The notes beneath the pieces were generated by a model. The model saw only the letters and a program-made list of their open reading frames with translations. It ran no database searches and was not told the origin of the DNA. Shown here in pieces: positions 1 through 8,717 of a stretch of DNA of 64,000 bases. The stretch lies in assembly GCA_963723455.1 (NCBI GenBank), contig CAVRQM010000004.1, positions 37,324 through 101,323 of the forward strand. The letters run 5' to 3'. Made by a program: the position numbers and the translations under genes. Positions within the stretch are counted from its first letter, which is position 1. Each line of letters opens with the position of its first letter. The DNA is from an uncultured Pseudomonadota bacterium. GTDB lineage: Bacteria > Pseudomonadota > Alphaproteobacteria > Acetobacterales > Acetobacteraceae.

Positions 1-591
1 GCCCTGCACGGCGCCTGGTACCTGCCCTCGGGCGCGGTGATCGACGGCCTGATCGGCCAGTCGTATCGCACCAAGCGCGACAATGCTTTCCCGACCGGCT
101 CGGGCCTGGAGGACCGCGTTTCGGACGTGGTGGCGCGCCAGACCTTCACGCCCAACGCCTATCTGGATCTGACGGCGCGCGAGCGGTTCGACCACCGCAA
201 CTTCAATGTCCGCTTCGCGGACGCGCTGGCCAGCTTCGGGCCGTCCTGGCTGCGCTTCAACGCCGGGTATCTGTACGACACGTTCAATCCGATCCTGTAT
301 TACGATCAGCCGCCAACCGGCAATTTTCTGGGCACGCCGCGCAACGAGGTGTCGGTCGGGGTCAACACCGCATTCGGCCACTATCGCCTCGGCGCCTCGG
401 CGCGGCGCGACATCCAGACCGGCAAGATGGTGTCGGCAGGCGTGTCCGGCACCTATGAGGATGAGTGCTTCGCCTTCACCACCACATTCTTCCGCCGCTA
501 CACCTCGCTGGACGGCGACGACGGGGCGAGCACCATCCTGTTTCAGATCACGCTCAAGACGGTGGGCACGTTCGGCTATCACGCGCTGTAG
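1..591 (+). CDS. lptD: LPS-assembly outer membrane protein LptD, C-terminal end (5' part lies upstream of the window)
   Basis: The frame is open from base 1 to the TAG at 589-591. The tail (...YRLGASARRDIQTGKMVSAGVSGTYEDECFAFTTTFFRRYTSLDGDDGASTILFQITLKTVGTFGY) resembles the LptD/OstA C-terminal barrel as I recall it. Confidence 0.7.
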   Translation, partial: ALHGAWYLPSGAVIDGLIGQSYRTKRDNAFPTGSGLEDRVSDVVARQTFTPNAYLDLTARERFDHRNFNVRFADALASFGPSWLRFNAGYLYDTFNPILYYDQPPTGNFLGTPRNEVSVGVNTAFGHYRLGASARRDIQTGKMVSAGVSGTYEDECFAFTTTFFRRYTSLDGDDGASTILFQITLKTVGTFGYHAL

Positions 592-1361
592 CGCCACCCC
601 TGGCCGGCGAGCTTCCTGCCCTCGATCATCGCCACCTGCCGCGTGCCGAGGCTGTTGCCCAGCATCGCGGCCCGGGCGTCGAGCAGGTCGGCCGGCAGCA
701 GGCTGCGTTCCACCGCATCCCCGGCCTCGATCAGCCGGGCGCGGAAAATCCCCGGCAGCGCGCCATCGGCGACCGGCGGGGTGACCGGCGTGCCGTCGCG
801 CAGCACGACGAACAGATTGGCCGCGGTGGCTTCGGCGAGCTGGCCGCGGGTGTTGAGCAGGATGGCGTCGTCGGCGCCGCGCGCGGCCGCTTCGCGGCGG
901 GCGATGATGCTGTCCAGGTAGTTCAGCGATTTGATCCGCGACAGCGGCGAGGCCTCGTTGCGGCAGGTCGAGCGGGCGATGACGACGCGCGCGGGCGCAG
1001 CCGGCTGCGGCAGCGCGGCGACGGCGATCAGCAGGCTGGGCGTGGGGTCGGCGGCCGGCAGCACGCCGCGCGGGCCGGGACCGCGCGACAGGGTGATCCG
1101 CACCGCCGCATCGGCCAGCGCGCCGGCGGCCAGCACCGCGCCCACGGCTTCGGCCAGCGCCGCGTCGCTCCAGCCGAGCGGGATGCCCAGCACCGCCGCG
1201 CCGTGACGGAGCCGGGCCAGATGCCGGTCCAGGTGCAGCGCCAGGCCGGCGGCGGCGCGGATCGTTTCGAACACCCCGTCGCCGAGCAGGAAGCCGCGAT
1301 CGGCGGGGTCGATCCGCGCCGCCGCGGCCGGGAGCAGCGCGCCGTTCAGCCACAGCGTCAT
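579..1361 (-). CDS. pabC: aminodeoxychorismate lyase / class IV aminotransferase
   Basis: 260 aa starting MTLWLNGALLP. It has fold-type IV signatures (RGFLLGDGVFETIR, IKSLNYLDSIIARREA, LLNTRGQLAEATAANLF). Its ATG overlaps the pabB stop by 4 bp (ATGA). Confidence 0.8.
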   Translation of the reverse strand: MTLWLNGALLPAAAARIDPADRGFLLGDGVFETIRAAAGLALHLDRHLARLRHGAAVLGIPLGWSDAALAEAVGAVLAAGALADAAVRITLSRGPGPRGVLPAADPTPSLLIAVAALPQPAAPARVVIARSTCRNEASPLSRIKSLNYLDSIIARREAAARGADDAILLNTRGQLAEATAANLFVVLRDGTPVTPPVADGALPGIFRARLIEAGDAVERSLLPADLLDARAAMLGNSLGTRQVAMIEGRKLAGQGWRYSA

Positions 1362-2758
1362 TCCGGCAGCGTGCCTAGGGCGCGCAGCAGCGGGCCGGCC
1401 TTCACCATCATCTCGCGAAACTCCTCGGCCGGATCCGAATCCCAGACGATGCCGCCGCCGGCCTGCACCGCCACGGTCTCGGGCGTGATCGTCGCGGTGC
1501 GGATGACGATGCTGCTGTCCATGGCGCCGTCCCAGCCGATCCAGGCGATGCTGCCGCAATACGGCCCGCGCGCCGCCGCCTCCAGCTCGGCGATGATCCG
1601 CATGGCGCGGATTTTCGGCGCGCCGGTGATCGAGCCGCCGGGGAAGGTGGCGCGCAGCAGATCGACCGGGCCGAGGCCGGGCCGCAGCCGCCCCTCGATC
1701 GCCGAGACCAGGTGATGCACCGAGGCGAAGCTTTCGATGGCGTGCAGTTTCGGCACGCGCACGCTGCCGATGCTGGCCACCCGGGAGATGTCGTTGCGCA
1801 GCAGATCCACGATCATCAGGTTCTCGGCCCGGTCCTTCTCGCTGGTCTGCAGTTCGGCGCTGAGCGCCGAGTCCGCCTCCGGCGAGCGGCCGCGCGCGCG
1901 AGTGCCCTTGATCGGGCGGCTTTCGATGCGGCCATCGGCGGAGAGTTGCAGGAATCGCTCTGGCGAGGCGCTGGCGATGGCGAGGCGCGGGCCGCAATCG
2001 AGATAGGCGGCGAACGGCGCGGGGCTGGCGCGGCGGATCGCGGCATACAGGTCGGCCGCGCGCAGCCCCGGCGGGCGCGGGGCGAGGAAGCGATTGGTGT
2101 AGTTGGCCTGATAGATGTCGCCGGCAGCAATGTAGTCCTTGATCCGAACGATCGCGGCCTCGTACTCCGCGCGCGCGGTTTCGCGCCGCCAAGCCAAGCG
2201 CGGCGTCTCTGCGCGCGCCCGCGGCCGAGGCGCGTCGAGGCGGTGCAGCAGCCAGTCAGCGCGCGCCGCACGCCGGCGGCGGCGCGCGCTGGGTTCGGTT
2301 TCGGGCAAACCCGAGGACAGCAGCCAGGCGCGGCGTTGCTGCCGGTCGAACGCCAGCAGCAGATCGTAGAAGCCGAACGCCATGTCCGGGATATCCAGCG
2401 CCCCAGACGCCTTGCGCGGCACGTCCTCCAGGTGGCAGGCCAGTTCGTAGCCGAGCAAGCCGATCGCGCCGCCGATGAACGGCACGGGCGCTTCGGGGGC
2501 GACCAGGGGGAAGCGGGCCAGCTCGCTGGCCAGCGCCGCGAACGGATCGAGCGGCACGGTTCGGCCGTCGAGCGTTACCCGGCCGGCTTCGGCGTGTAGC
2601 ACCCGGAATGGGTCCACGGCGATGTATGCGACGCGGCTCCGCTCCGACAGCGGCGCGGCGCTGTCCAGCCAGGCGACATATCGTTCGTCGGCGAAGCTGG
2701 CGAAGGCGTCGGCAGGGTCGCGCCAGGCGATCTCGCGGATCAGCATGGCTTGGGTCAT
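1358..2758 (-). CDS. pabB: aminodeoxychorismate synthase component I
   Basis: Chorismate-binding family motifs are present (IAAGDIYQANYTNRF, SPERFL, IKGTRARG, KDRAENLMIVDLLRNDISRV, FPGGSITGAPKIRAM, RGPYCGSIAWIG). I chose the start at MTQAMLIREIAW; the ORF is open further upstream to 2884. Confidence 0.85.
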   Translation of the reverse strand: MTQAMLIREIAWRDPADAFASFADERYVAWLDSAAPLSERSRVAYIAVDPFRVLHAEAGRVTLDGRTVPLDPFAALASELARFPLVAPEAPVPFIGGAIGLLGYELACHLEDVPRKASGALDIPDMAFGFYDLLLAFDRQQRRAWLLSSGLPETEPSARRRRRAARADWLLHRLDAPRPRARAETPRLAWRRETARAEYEAAIVRIKDYIAAGDIYQANYTNRFLAPRPPGLRAADLYAAIRRASPAPFAAYLDCGPRLAIASASPERFLQLSADGRIESRPIKGTRARGRSPEADSALSAELQTSEKDRAENLMIVDLLRNDISRVASIGSVRVPKLHAIESFASVHHLVSAIEGRLRPGLGPVDLLRATFPGGSITGAPKIRAMRIIAELEAAARGPYCGSIAWIGWDGAMDSSIVIRTATITPETVAVQAGGGIVWDSDPAEEFREMMVKAGPLLRALGTLPE

Positions 2759-2840
2759 ACGACCTGCATCGGAGCCGAGCCATCCTATCGGGTCGCGAGC
2801 CGGCGCCAACTCAGTGGACGACAGGCCTTGCGCGATGAGC

Positions 2841-4322
2841 CTACCCCGCCGCGACGGCCCCCGATTGCGACAGGTCGGCGACACGCTCCACGTCGTCGTC
2901 GCCCAGATAGCTGCCGGACTGCACCTCGATCAGCGTCAGCGGGATGCGGCCGGGATTTTCCAGACGGTGCCAGCTGCCGAGCGGCAGGTAGATGCTTTCG
3001 TTCTCGCGCACCAGCATCTGTTCGGCATCGCGCGCGACCCGCGCGGTGCCGCGCACCACCACCCAGTGTTCCGCGCGGTTGAAGTGCTTCTGCAACGACA
3101 GGTGCGCGCCCGGCTCGACTACGATGCGTTTCACCGCGAAGCGGTCGCCCTGGATCAGCGTCTCGTGGAAGCCCCAGGGACGATAGGTGCGGTTGTGCCG
3201 CACTGCCTCGCCGCGGTTCTGCGCGCGCAGCCGGTCAACGACTTTCTTTACGTCCTGCGCGTGGTCGCGGTGCATCGCCAGCACCGCGTCGCCGGTGACC
3301 ACCACCACAGCGTCGGCCAGCCCGACCACGGCGGTCACGATGCCGTCGCTGCGCACGTAGCAGTCGCGCGCCGATTGCAGCAGCACGTCGCCGACCGCGA
3401 CATTGCCGGCCTCGTCCTTGGCGCCGAGTTCCCAAAGCGCCCACCAGCTGCCGACATCCGACCAGCCGAGCGAGGCCGGCACCACGGCGGCGCGGTCGGT
3501 GCGCTCGGTCACCGCATAGTCCAGGCTAATGCCTGGCGAGCGGGCGAAGTCCTCGCCAAGCCGGATGAAGTCCAAATCCTGATGCCGCCCGGCCACCGCC
3601 GCGCGCACCGCGGCCAGCACGTCCGGCGCGTGGCGGCCCATTTCCTCGATCAGCGTCGCCGCGGTGGCCACGAACATCCCTGCGTTCCACAGGTGCCGCC
3701 CATCGGCCAGCATCGCCGCCGCGCGCGCGGCGTCGGGCTTCTCCACGAATGCCGAGATCGCCTGCACGCCGGGCAGCCCGGGCAGGGTGTCGCCGGCCTC
3801 GATATAGCCGTAGCCGGTTTCCGGCGCGGTCGGATGCATGCCGAACATCACCAGCCGCCCGGCGCGCGCGCCGGCCACCGCCAAATCCAGCAGGGCGTGC
3901 AGCGCCGCGGTGTCGCTGATCGCCGCGTCGGCGGCCATGATCCACAGCACCGCGCCGGGATCCTGCTCGGCAACCAGCAGCGCGGCGGCGGCGACGGCCG
4001 GGGCGCTGTTGCGGCCGACCGGCTCCAGCACGATGCGGGTGTCGCGCGCGCCGGCCTGGCGCATCTGCTCGGCGACCAGGAAACGGTGCGCCTGGTTGCA
4101 CACCACGATTGGCGGCGCGAAGCCCGGGCCGAGGCCGCGCCGCGCGGTGTCCTCGATCAGCGAGCGGTCGCTGGCCAGCGGCCAGAACTGCTTGGGAAAG
4201 CTCTCGCGCGACACCGGCCACAGCCGGGTCCCGGAGCCGCCCGACAGGATCACCGGCACCACCAGGCCGGCCTCGGCCTGCCCGGGATCACCCGCCGCCG
4301 GCTCGGGCCGCAGGTAATCCAT
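2841..4322 (-). CDS. manC: mannose-1-phosphate guanylyltransferase / mannose-6-phosphate isomerase (bifunctional, cupin C-terminus)
   Basis: 493 aa. N-terminal nucleotidyltransferase motif VPVILSGGSGTRLWPVSRESFPKQF. C-terminal cupin region RPWGFHETL...KRIVVEPGAHLSLQKHFNRAEHWVVVRGTA. Confidence 0.9.
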   Translation of the reverse strand: MDYLRPEPAAGDPGQAEAGLVVPVILSGGSGTRLWPVSRESFPKQFWPLASDRSLIEDTARRGLGPGFAPPIVVCNQAHRFLVAEQMRQAGARDTRIVLEPVGRNSAPAVAAAALLVAEQDPGAVLWIMAADAAISDTAALHALLDLAVAGARAGRLVMFGMHPTAPETGYGYIEAGDTLPGLPGVQAISAFVEKPDAARAAAMLADGRHLWNAGMFVATAATLIEEMGRHAPDVLAAVRAAVAGRHQDLDFIRLGEDFARSPGISLDYAVTERTDRAAVVPASLGWSDVGSWWALWELGAKDEAGNVAVGDVLLQSARDCYVRSDGIVTAVVGLADAVVVVTGDAVLAMHRDHAQDVKKVVDRLRAQNRGEAVRHNRTYRPWGFHETLIQGDRFAVKRIVVEPGAHLSLQKHFNRAEHWVVVRGTARVARDAEQMLVRENESIYLPLGSWHRLENPGRIPLTLIEVQSGSYLGDDDVERVADLSQSGAVAAG

Positions 4323-4324
4323 CG

Positions 4325-4630
4325 TCAGGAGAGCGGCTTGTGCGCGCGCTCGATCAGCCGGGCGATCAGGCCCGGCTTCTTCGGCGCGACGGTCTTGGCG
4401 GCGCGGGCCAGCGCCTCGGCCTCGGCTGCCTCGGCGCGGCGCTTCTGCTCCAGCCAGCGATCCAGGCTCAGTCCGGCCTTGGCGGCGCGCCGCGCCTCGT
4501 ACTCGCGCTGTCCCTCGGTCATCGCGGCCGGCTTGCCCCGCGCCGGAGTGGTCGCCTTGGCTGCGATTCTCGGCGCATTCTCGGTCCGCCTCTCCCCCGT
4601 CTGTCTCGTATCCCCTGTCTGTCTGGCCAT
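4325..4630 (-). CDS. small basic hypothetical protein (start uncertain; an alternative ATG at 4522 gives 65 aa)
   Basis: The ORF stops 2 nt before the manC start, which suggests co-translation. The sequence (MTEGQREYEARRAAKAGLSLDRWLEQKRRAEAAEAEALARAAK...) is Lys/Arg/Ala-rich and probably helical. I recognise no family. Confidence 0.45.
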   Translation of the reverse strand: MARQTGDTRQTGERRTENAPRIAAKATTPARGKPAAMTEGQREYEARRAAKAGLSLDRWLEQKRRAEAAEAEALARAAKTVAPKKPGLIARLIERAHKPLS

Positions 4631-4723
4631 CGCACCCTCTCCGCGGGGCGGCGAACGTGGCAGTCTCCAGGGGCCGGGACAAGACAGGCGCGGGCGGAGG
4701 CGGTTCACGAGGATGGGGGCGCA

Positions 4724-5062
4724 ATGGCCGAGCCACGCGTGAAGGCCGCAATCTGGGTCGGTGCGGTGCTGCGCCTGGGCAATGCGGCCGGGCGCTATGG
4801 CGCGGTGCTGCGGCGCGGCGACGATGAATCCGGCGGCGTGCTGGTGGTGCTGCGCGGGCGGATCGGCTTGTGTGTGCTGAGCCAGGTGCGGGGCCCGGAC
4901 GGCGGACTGGCTTGGCTGCGCGCCACCGGCCCGGACGCGGTCGAGCCGGCGGCGGCCGACGCCTATGTCGAGCGGCAGGTCCGGGTGGACCCGGATCTGT
5001 GGGTGCTGGAGTTCGACAGCCCCGACCTGCTGCCGCCGTTCGAGGCGACGATCCTGGCATGA
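4724..5062 (+). CDS. DUF1491 family protein
   Basis: 112 aa. MAEPRVKAAIWVGAVLR...GGVLVVLRGR...DLWVLEFDSPDLLPPF matches my memory of the alphaproteobacterial DUF1491 family. Confidence 0.7.
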   Translation: MAEPRVKAAIWVGAVLRLGNAAGRYGAVLRRGDDESGGVLVVLRGRIGLCVLSQVRGPDGGLAWLRATGPDAVEPAAADAYVERQVRVDPDLWVLEFDSPDLLPPFEATILA

Positions 5063-5188
5063 GATAGCGCGGTGTTGCCGTCCGGGCACGGCGACGCCGC
5101 ATCAGCGCAGGCGCCAGCGACCCCACTGGTCAAGTTCGGGGGGGGTTAACATTGCGCTGCCGTAAATGAACGCCAAGGAAATTGCACG

Positions 5189-6305
5189 ATGACAGGCCGC
5201 ACGCTGCTGCTGACCACCTCCCTGCTTGCAATGCCCGCGCTGGCCTCGGCTCAGCCCGTCAGCCGGGCTGTACGTGGGGGCCGGGGCCGGCTACAACTAT
5301 CTCCAGAATCAGGATGTGACGTCCAAGACCAGCAGCGGTGCGACGACGCTGTTCACCGAGCCGGGCAGCCACCTGAGCGGCTCCGGCGGCCCGCTGGTCT
5401 CGGCGAGCCTGGGTTACGGGTTCGGCAACGGCCTGCGGCTGGAAGTGCAGGGCGACTGGCGGGGGCAGCACGACAAGTACGACCACGGCGCCGGCGGCAA
5501 TTTCTCGGGCGGCGCCGACCTGCAGACCTATGGCGGGTTCGTCAACGCGCTGTACGATGTCGATCTCGGCCTGCCGGTGTTCCCGTATCTCGGGTTGGGC
5601 GTCGGCTATGAGGAAACGTTCGGGCGAAACTTCACTCTTTATCGCAACAGACCCGCCACGGGGCAGTTGCAGGAGTTCGACTTCAGCCACAACACCCAGG
5701 GCTCGATCGCGGCCCAGGGCATTTTGGGCGCGGCGTTCCCGGTGGCCGGCATACCCGGCCTGTCGGTGACCGCCGAATACCGCTTCATGTATGTAGCCGA
5801 TTCGGAGACTTTCGACGGCGCGTTCACCAACGGGTTCGGCTCGATCCCAGCCAAGATCAAGATCGGCTCGCAGTATAACCATGCCGGCCTGGTCGGGCTG
5901 CGCTACGCCTTCAACGTGCCGGCCCCGCCGCCGCCGCCGGCCCCGGTCGTAGCCGCGCCCCCGGCGGCGCAGCCGGCGCGCACCTACCTGGTGTTCTTCG
6001 ACTGGGATCGCGCCGACCTGACCGCCCGTGCCCGGCAGATCATCGCCGAGGCGGCGCAGAACGCGACGCACGTGCAGGTGACGCGGATCATGGTCGACGG
6101 CTACACCGACCTGTCCGGCACCGCCGCCTACAACCAGCGGCTCAGCGTGCGCCGCGCCGACTCGGTCGCCGCCGAGCTGGTCCGCGACGGCATTCCCCGC
6201 AACGAGATCACCACGCAGGGCTTTGGCGAGAGCCACCCGCTGGTGCCGACGGCGCAGGGCGTCCGCGAGCCGCAGAACCGGCGCGTCGAGATCGTTCTGA
6301 AGTAG
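5189..6305 (+). pseudogene. OmpA-family outer membrane protein, frame broken between signal peptide and barrel
   Basis: The signal peptide MTGRTLLLTTSLLAMPALASAQPV is in the 5189 frame. The mature part GLYVGAGAGYNYLQ... is in the 5226 frame. The intact paralog at 6592 reads AQPVDGLYVGAGAGYNYLQ continuously. The one-base indel lies at about 5261-5266. Confidence 0.8.
5888..6305 (+). repeat. 418-bp near-identical direct repeat, copy A (Pro-rich linker plus OmpA_C domain of the upstream paralog)
   Basis: It aligns base for base with 7272-7689 (offset 1384). By eye there are about 6 differences. Similarity ends at the stop codon (TAG versus TAA). Confidence 0.9.
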
Positions 6306-6591
6306 GAAGCGCGCCGATCCTGGCCGGGCCGCCCGTCCTGGCCAGGATTTGCCTTGGTTCACGCCTTTCCAGGCATGACATCACTGTCCCGTGATCGACA
6401 CATGACTGTGGCTTGCGCGCAACGGTCGTCATCCGAAAGCCGCACCGTTGCGGGTCCGCGGTGACTCGGCTCTGGCTTCGACACATCCAGGTCGTTACTT
6501 TCGCCTTTGACAGGACTGCGGCGGCGAGCGCCGCCCTGGCCCAGGCGGTGCCCGCGGGGTGCAGCCATGACAGAACGAGGAGATAGGATTT

Positions 6592-7689
6592 ATGAAGCTC
6601 CGCAGCGCGCTTCTCACAGCAACCCTGCTCGCGACCCCGGCGGTCGCGATGGCTCAGCCGGTCGATGGCCTGTACGTGGGCGCCGGCGCCGGCTACAACT
6701 ACCTGCAGCCGCTCAAGCTGCACGGCTCGCTTGACGGCGGCATCGACGGCGGCTCGGCGAAACTGCGCGGCGACGGCGGCTTCGTGGGGTCGGCCAGCGT
6801 CGGTTACGGCCTGGGCAACGGCTTTCGGCTTGAGGTGCAGGGCGACTATCGCCAGGATCATCAAAGCCTGAAAAACGGCAGCAGCGGGGTCCAGGGCGGC
6901 GACGGGGATACCCAGAGCTACGGCGGCTACCTGAACGCGCTGTACGATTTCGACATCGGCTCGCCGTTCTTCTTCCCGTATGTCGGCCTCGGCGCGGGCT
7001 ATCGCTGGACCGAATTGCACAATTTCAGCGCCTACGTCCCGGGCGTGGCCAACTTCACCGGCAACAATAACACCCAGGGCGGCTTCTCGGCGCAGGGCAT
7101 GGTCGGCGCGGCCTTCCCGTTCCCGGGCATGCCGGGTCTGTCGATCACGGCCGAGTACCGCTTCACCGGCGTCTTCGAGAAGGAGCGTTTCGGCGGCACG
7201 GTCACCTCGCCGCTGCTGCTCGCGCCGGTCGGAGCGACGGCCAGGGCGAACGACCAGTACAATCATTCGTTCCTGGTCGGGCTGCGCTACGCCTTCAACG
7301 TGCCGGCCCCGCCGCCGCCGCCGGCCCCGGTCGTGGCCGCGCCCCCGGCGGCGCAGCCGGCGCGCACCTACCTGGTGTTCTTCGACTGGGATCGCGCCGA
7401 CCTGACCGCCCGTGCCCGGCAGATCATCGCCGAGGCGGCGCAGAACGCGACGCACGTGCAGGTGACGCGGATCATGGTCAACGGCTACACCGACCTGTCC
7501 GGCACCGCCGCCTACAACCAGCGGCTCAGCGTGCGCCGCGCCGACTCGGTCGCCGCCGAGCTGGTCCAGGACGGCATTCCCCGCAACGAGATCACCACGC
7601 AGGGCTTTGGCGAGAGCCACCCGCTGGTGCCGACGGCGCAGGGCGTCCGCGAGCCGCAGAACCGGCGCGTCGAGATCATCCTGAAGTAA
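6592..7689 (+). CDS. OmpA-family outer membrane protein (beta-barrel N-domain, Pro-rich linker, OmpA_C peptidoglycan-binding domain)
   Basis: 365 aa. Signal peptide MKLRSALLTATLLATPAVAMA. A GGAGA ribosome-binding site lies upstream. C-terminal motif TDLSGTAAYNQRLSVRRADSVAAELV...NRRVEI. Confidence 0.9.
   Translation: MKLRSALLTATLLATPAVAMAQPVDGLYVGAGAGYNYLQPLKLHGSLDGGIDGGSAKLRGDGGFVGSASVGYGLGNGFRLEVQGDYRQDHQSLKNGSSGVQGGDGDTQSYGGYLNALYDFDIGSPFFFPYVGLGAGYRWTELHNFSAYVPGVANFTGNNNTQGGFSAQGMVGAAFPFPGMPGLSITAEYRFTGVFEKERFGGTVTSPLLLAPVGATARANDQYNHSFLVGLRYAFNVPAPPPPPAPVVAAPPAAQPARTYLVFFDWDRADLTARARQIIAEAAQNATHVQVTRIMVNGYTDLSGTAAYNQRLSVRRADSVAAELVQDGIPRNEITTQGFGESHPLVPTAQGVREPQNRRVEIILK
7272..7689 (+). 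repeat. 418-bp near-identical direct repeat, copy B
   Basis: Partner of 5888-6305. Confidence 0.9.
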
Positions 7690-7733
7690 GCAGCCGAGAC
7701 ACCCCGGGGGTTTTCCCCCGGGGACGATACGGG

Positions 7734-7766
7734 AAAGCCCGGATGCTGTGCGCATCCGGGCTTTTT
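7734..7766 (+). terminator. rho-independent terminator after the second ompA paralog
   Basis: Stem GCCCGGATGC (7737-7746) pairs with GCATCCGGGC (7752-7761), followed by TTTTT (7762-7766). A second GC hairpin, CCCCGGGGG-TTTT-CCCCCGGGG, precedes it at 7702-7724. Confidence 0.75.
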
Positions 7767-7791
7767 CGTGTGGGGCGTCTCGGCGTTGGAC

Positions 7792-7873
7792 CGTCACTCC
7801 GGCCCTCTCTCAAGGGGAGAGGGAGGAGCCGAAGCGCTCTCCCTTTGGGAGAGGGTTGGATGAGGGTGCCGCC
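7792..7873. repeat. palindromic intergenic repeat element (REP-like), copy 1
   Basis: GTCACTCCGGCCCTCTCTCAAGGGGAGAGGG...GCTCTCCCTTTGGGAGAGGGTTGGATGAGGGTGCCGCC. It is nearly colinear with 12631-12712. The two arms are inverted repeats of each other. Confidence 0.7.
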
Positions 7874-7890
7874 AAACCCCCAAAAGCGTC

Positions 7891-8379
7891 CTATTTTTTT
7901 GCGGTGCGGGTCGGCTTGGCTTTCGGCAGCGGGCAGTCGAGCAGGGCGATCGGCTGCGGCAGCCCCTTGCCGGTGGCGAAAGTCGGCAGGTCGCGCGAGT
8001 CCTTCAGCCCCATCACCTCGTCGAACAGCCCGACCGACTTCATGCAGAACAGGGTGCCCAGCTTGATGCCTTCGTCGGACTGCGAGTTGGCGAGCAGGGT
8101 GATGTAGTCGTCATGCTGCTTCTGCGCCGAGCGGCCATAGGCGCGGTGGAAATAGGTGTCGATCGCCCGCTCCTGCGCGATCAGCCCGGAGCGGTAGCGG
8201 GTGACGAAGGCGTTGTAGCGGTCCTGCGCCTGGCATGAGATGGCGGTGACCATCAGCTCGCTTTTCAGGCCCTCGACGTCGAACGCCGCCCGTTCGACCG
8301 GCTTGGCGCACTGCACGGCATAGGCGACGTTGCCGGTCAGGACGACCCCGGCGACGATGAGGGAAAGCAGGGGACGCAT
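7891..8379 (-). CDS. hypothetical secreted protein
   Basis: 162 aa. N-terminal signal MRPLLSLIVAGVVLTGNVAYA. GGAG ribosome-binding site. Three Cys residues. I recognise no family. Confidence 0.65.
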   Translation of the reverse strand: MRPLLSLIVAGVVLTGNVAYAVQCAKPVERAAFDVEGLKSELMVTAISCQAQDRYNAFVTRYRSGLIAQERAIDTYFHRAYGRSAQKQHDDYITLLANSQSDEGIKLGTLFCMKSVGLFDEVMGLKDSRDLPTFATGKGLPQPIALLDCPLPKAKPTRTAKK

Positions 8380-8717
8380 GGTGATCTCCGGGCCAGGTGG
8401 CGAGGGCGGGCTGCAAGGTCGGCGTGAACGAAGCCAAGCGCAGGTCCGTAGCTGAACCCGTGCGTGAGGTAGAACCTCTAGCGCGCGGAATTGCAATTGA
8501 AATCCGCGCACGAAACGGACTGCGGCAAGGCTCGATCCGTGGCCGTTCCAGACCCTGCGGACCCGACTTTCATAGCGGGAATGTCGTCGCCCCGGCAAAT
8601 CATGGGGCGCTGGGCGGCTCTGGACCGGGGGCCGCAGGCGTGGTCCGATGGTTGCAGCGCGCTGGGCGCGCCGCATCGCCGATCAGACCGCAGGAGGGGG
8701 GAGTCGTCAGCACCGGC

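Noticed and set aside
4560-4630. Short direct repeat CCC(C)TGTCTGTCT x2 near the start of the small basic ORF.
   Set aside because: It has only two imperfect copies inside a probable coding region (TGDTRQTGER) and is too short to interpret.
2475-4742. Very long ORFs (755 aa here; also 465-1715+, 17588-20074+, 19791-22157+, 28555-30591+, 41371-42405+, 52138-54174-, 59773-62082-, 20748-23102 upstream part) that look like large novel proteins.
   Set aside because: They run antisense to, or out of frame with, strongly recognisable genes. They are Arg/Ala/Gly/Pro-rich with no motifs. This is the usual stop-codon-poor shadow ORF artefact of ~70% GC DNA.
6507-6512. TTGACA hexamer upstream of the second ompA gene as a sigma-70 -35 box.
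   Set aside because: There is no plausible -10 element 16-19 bp downstream; the region is GCCGCC-rich. It is not supportable from sequence alone.
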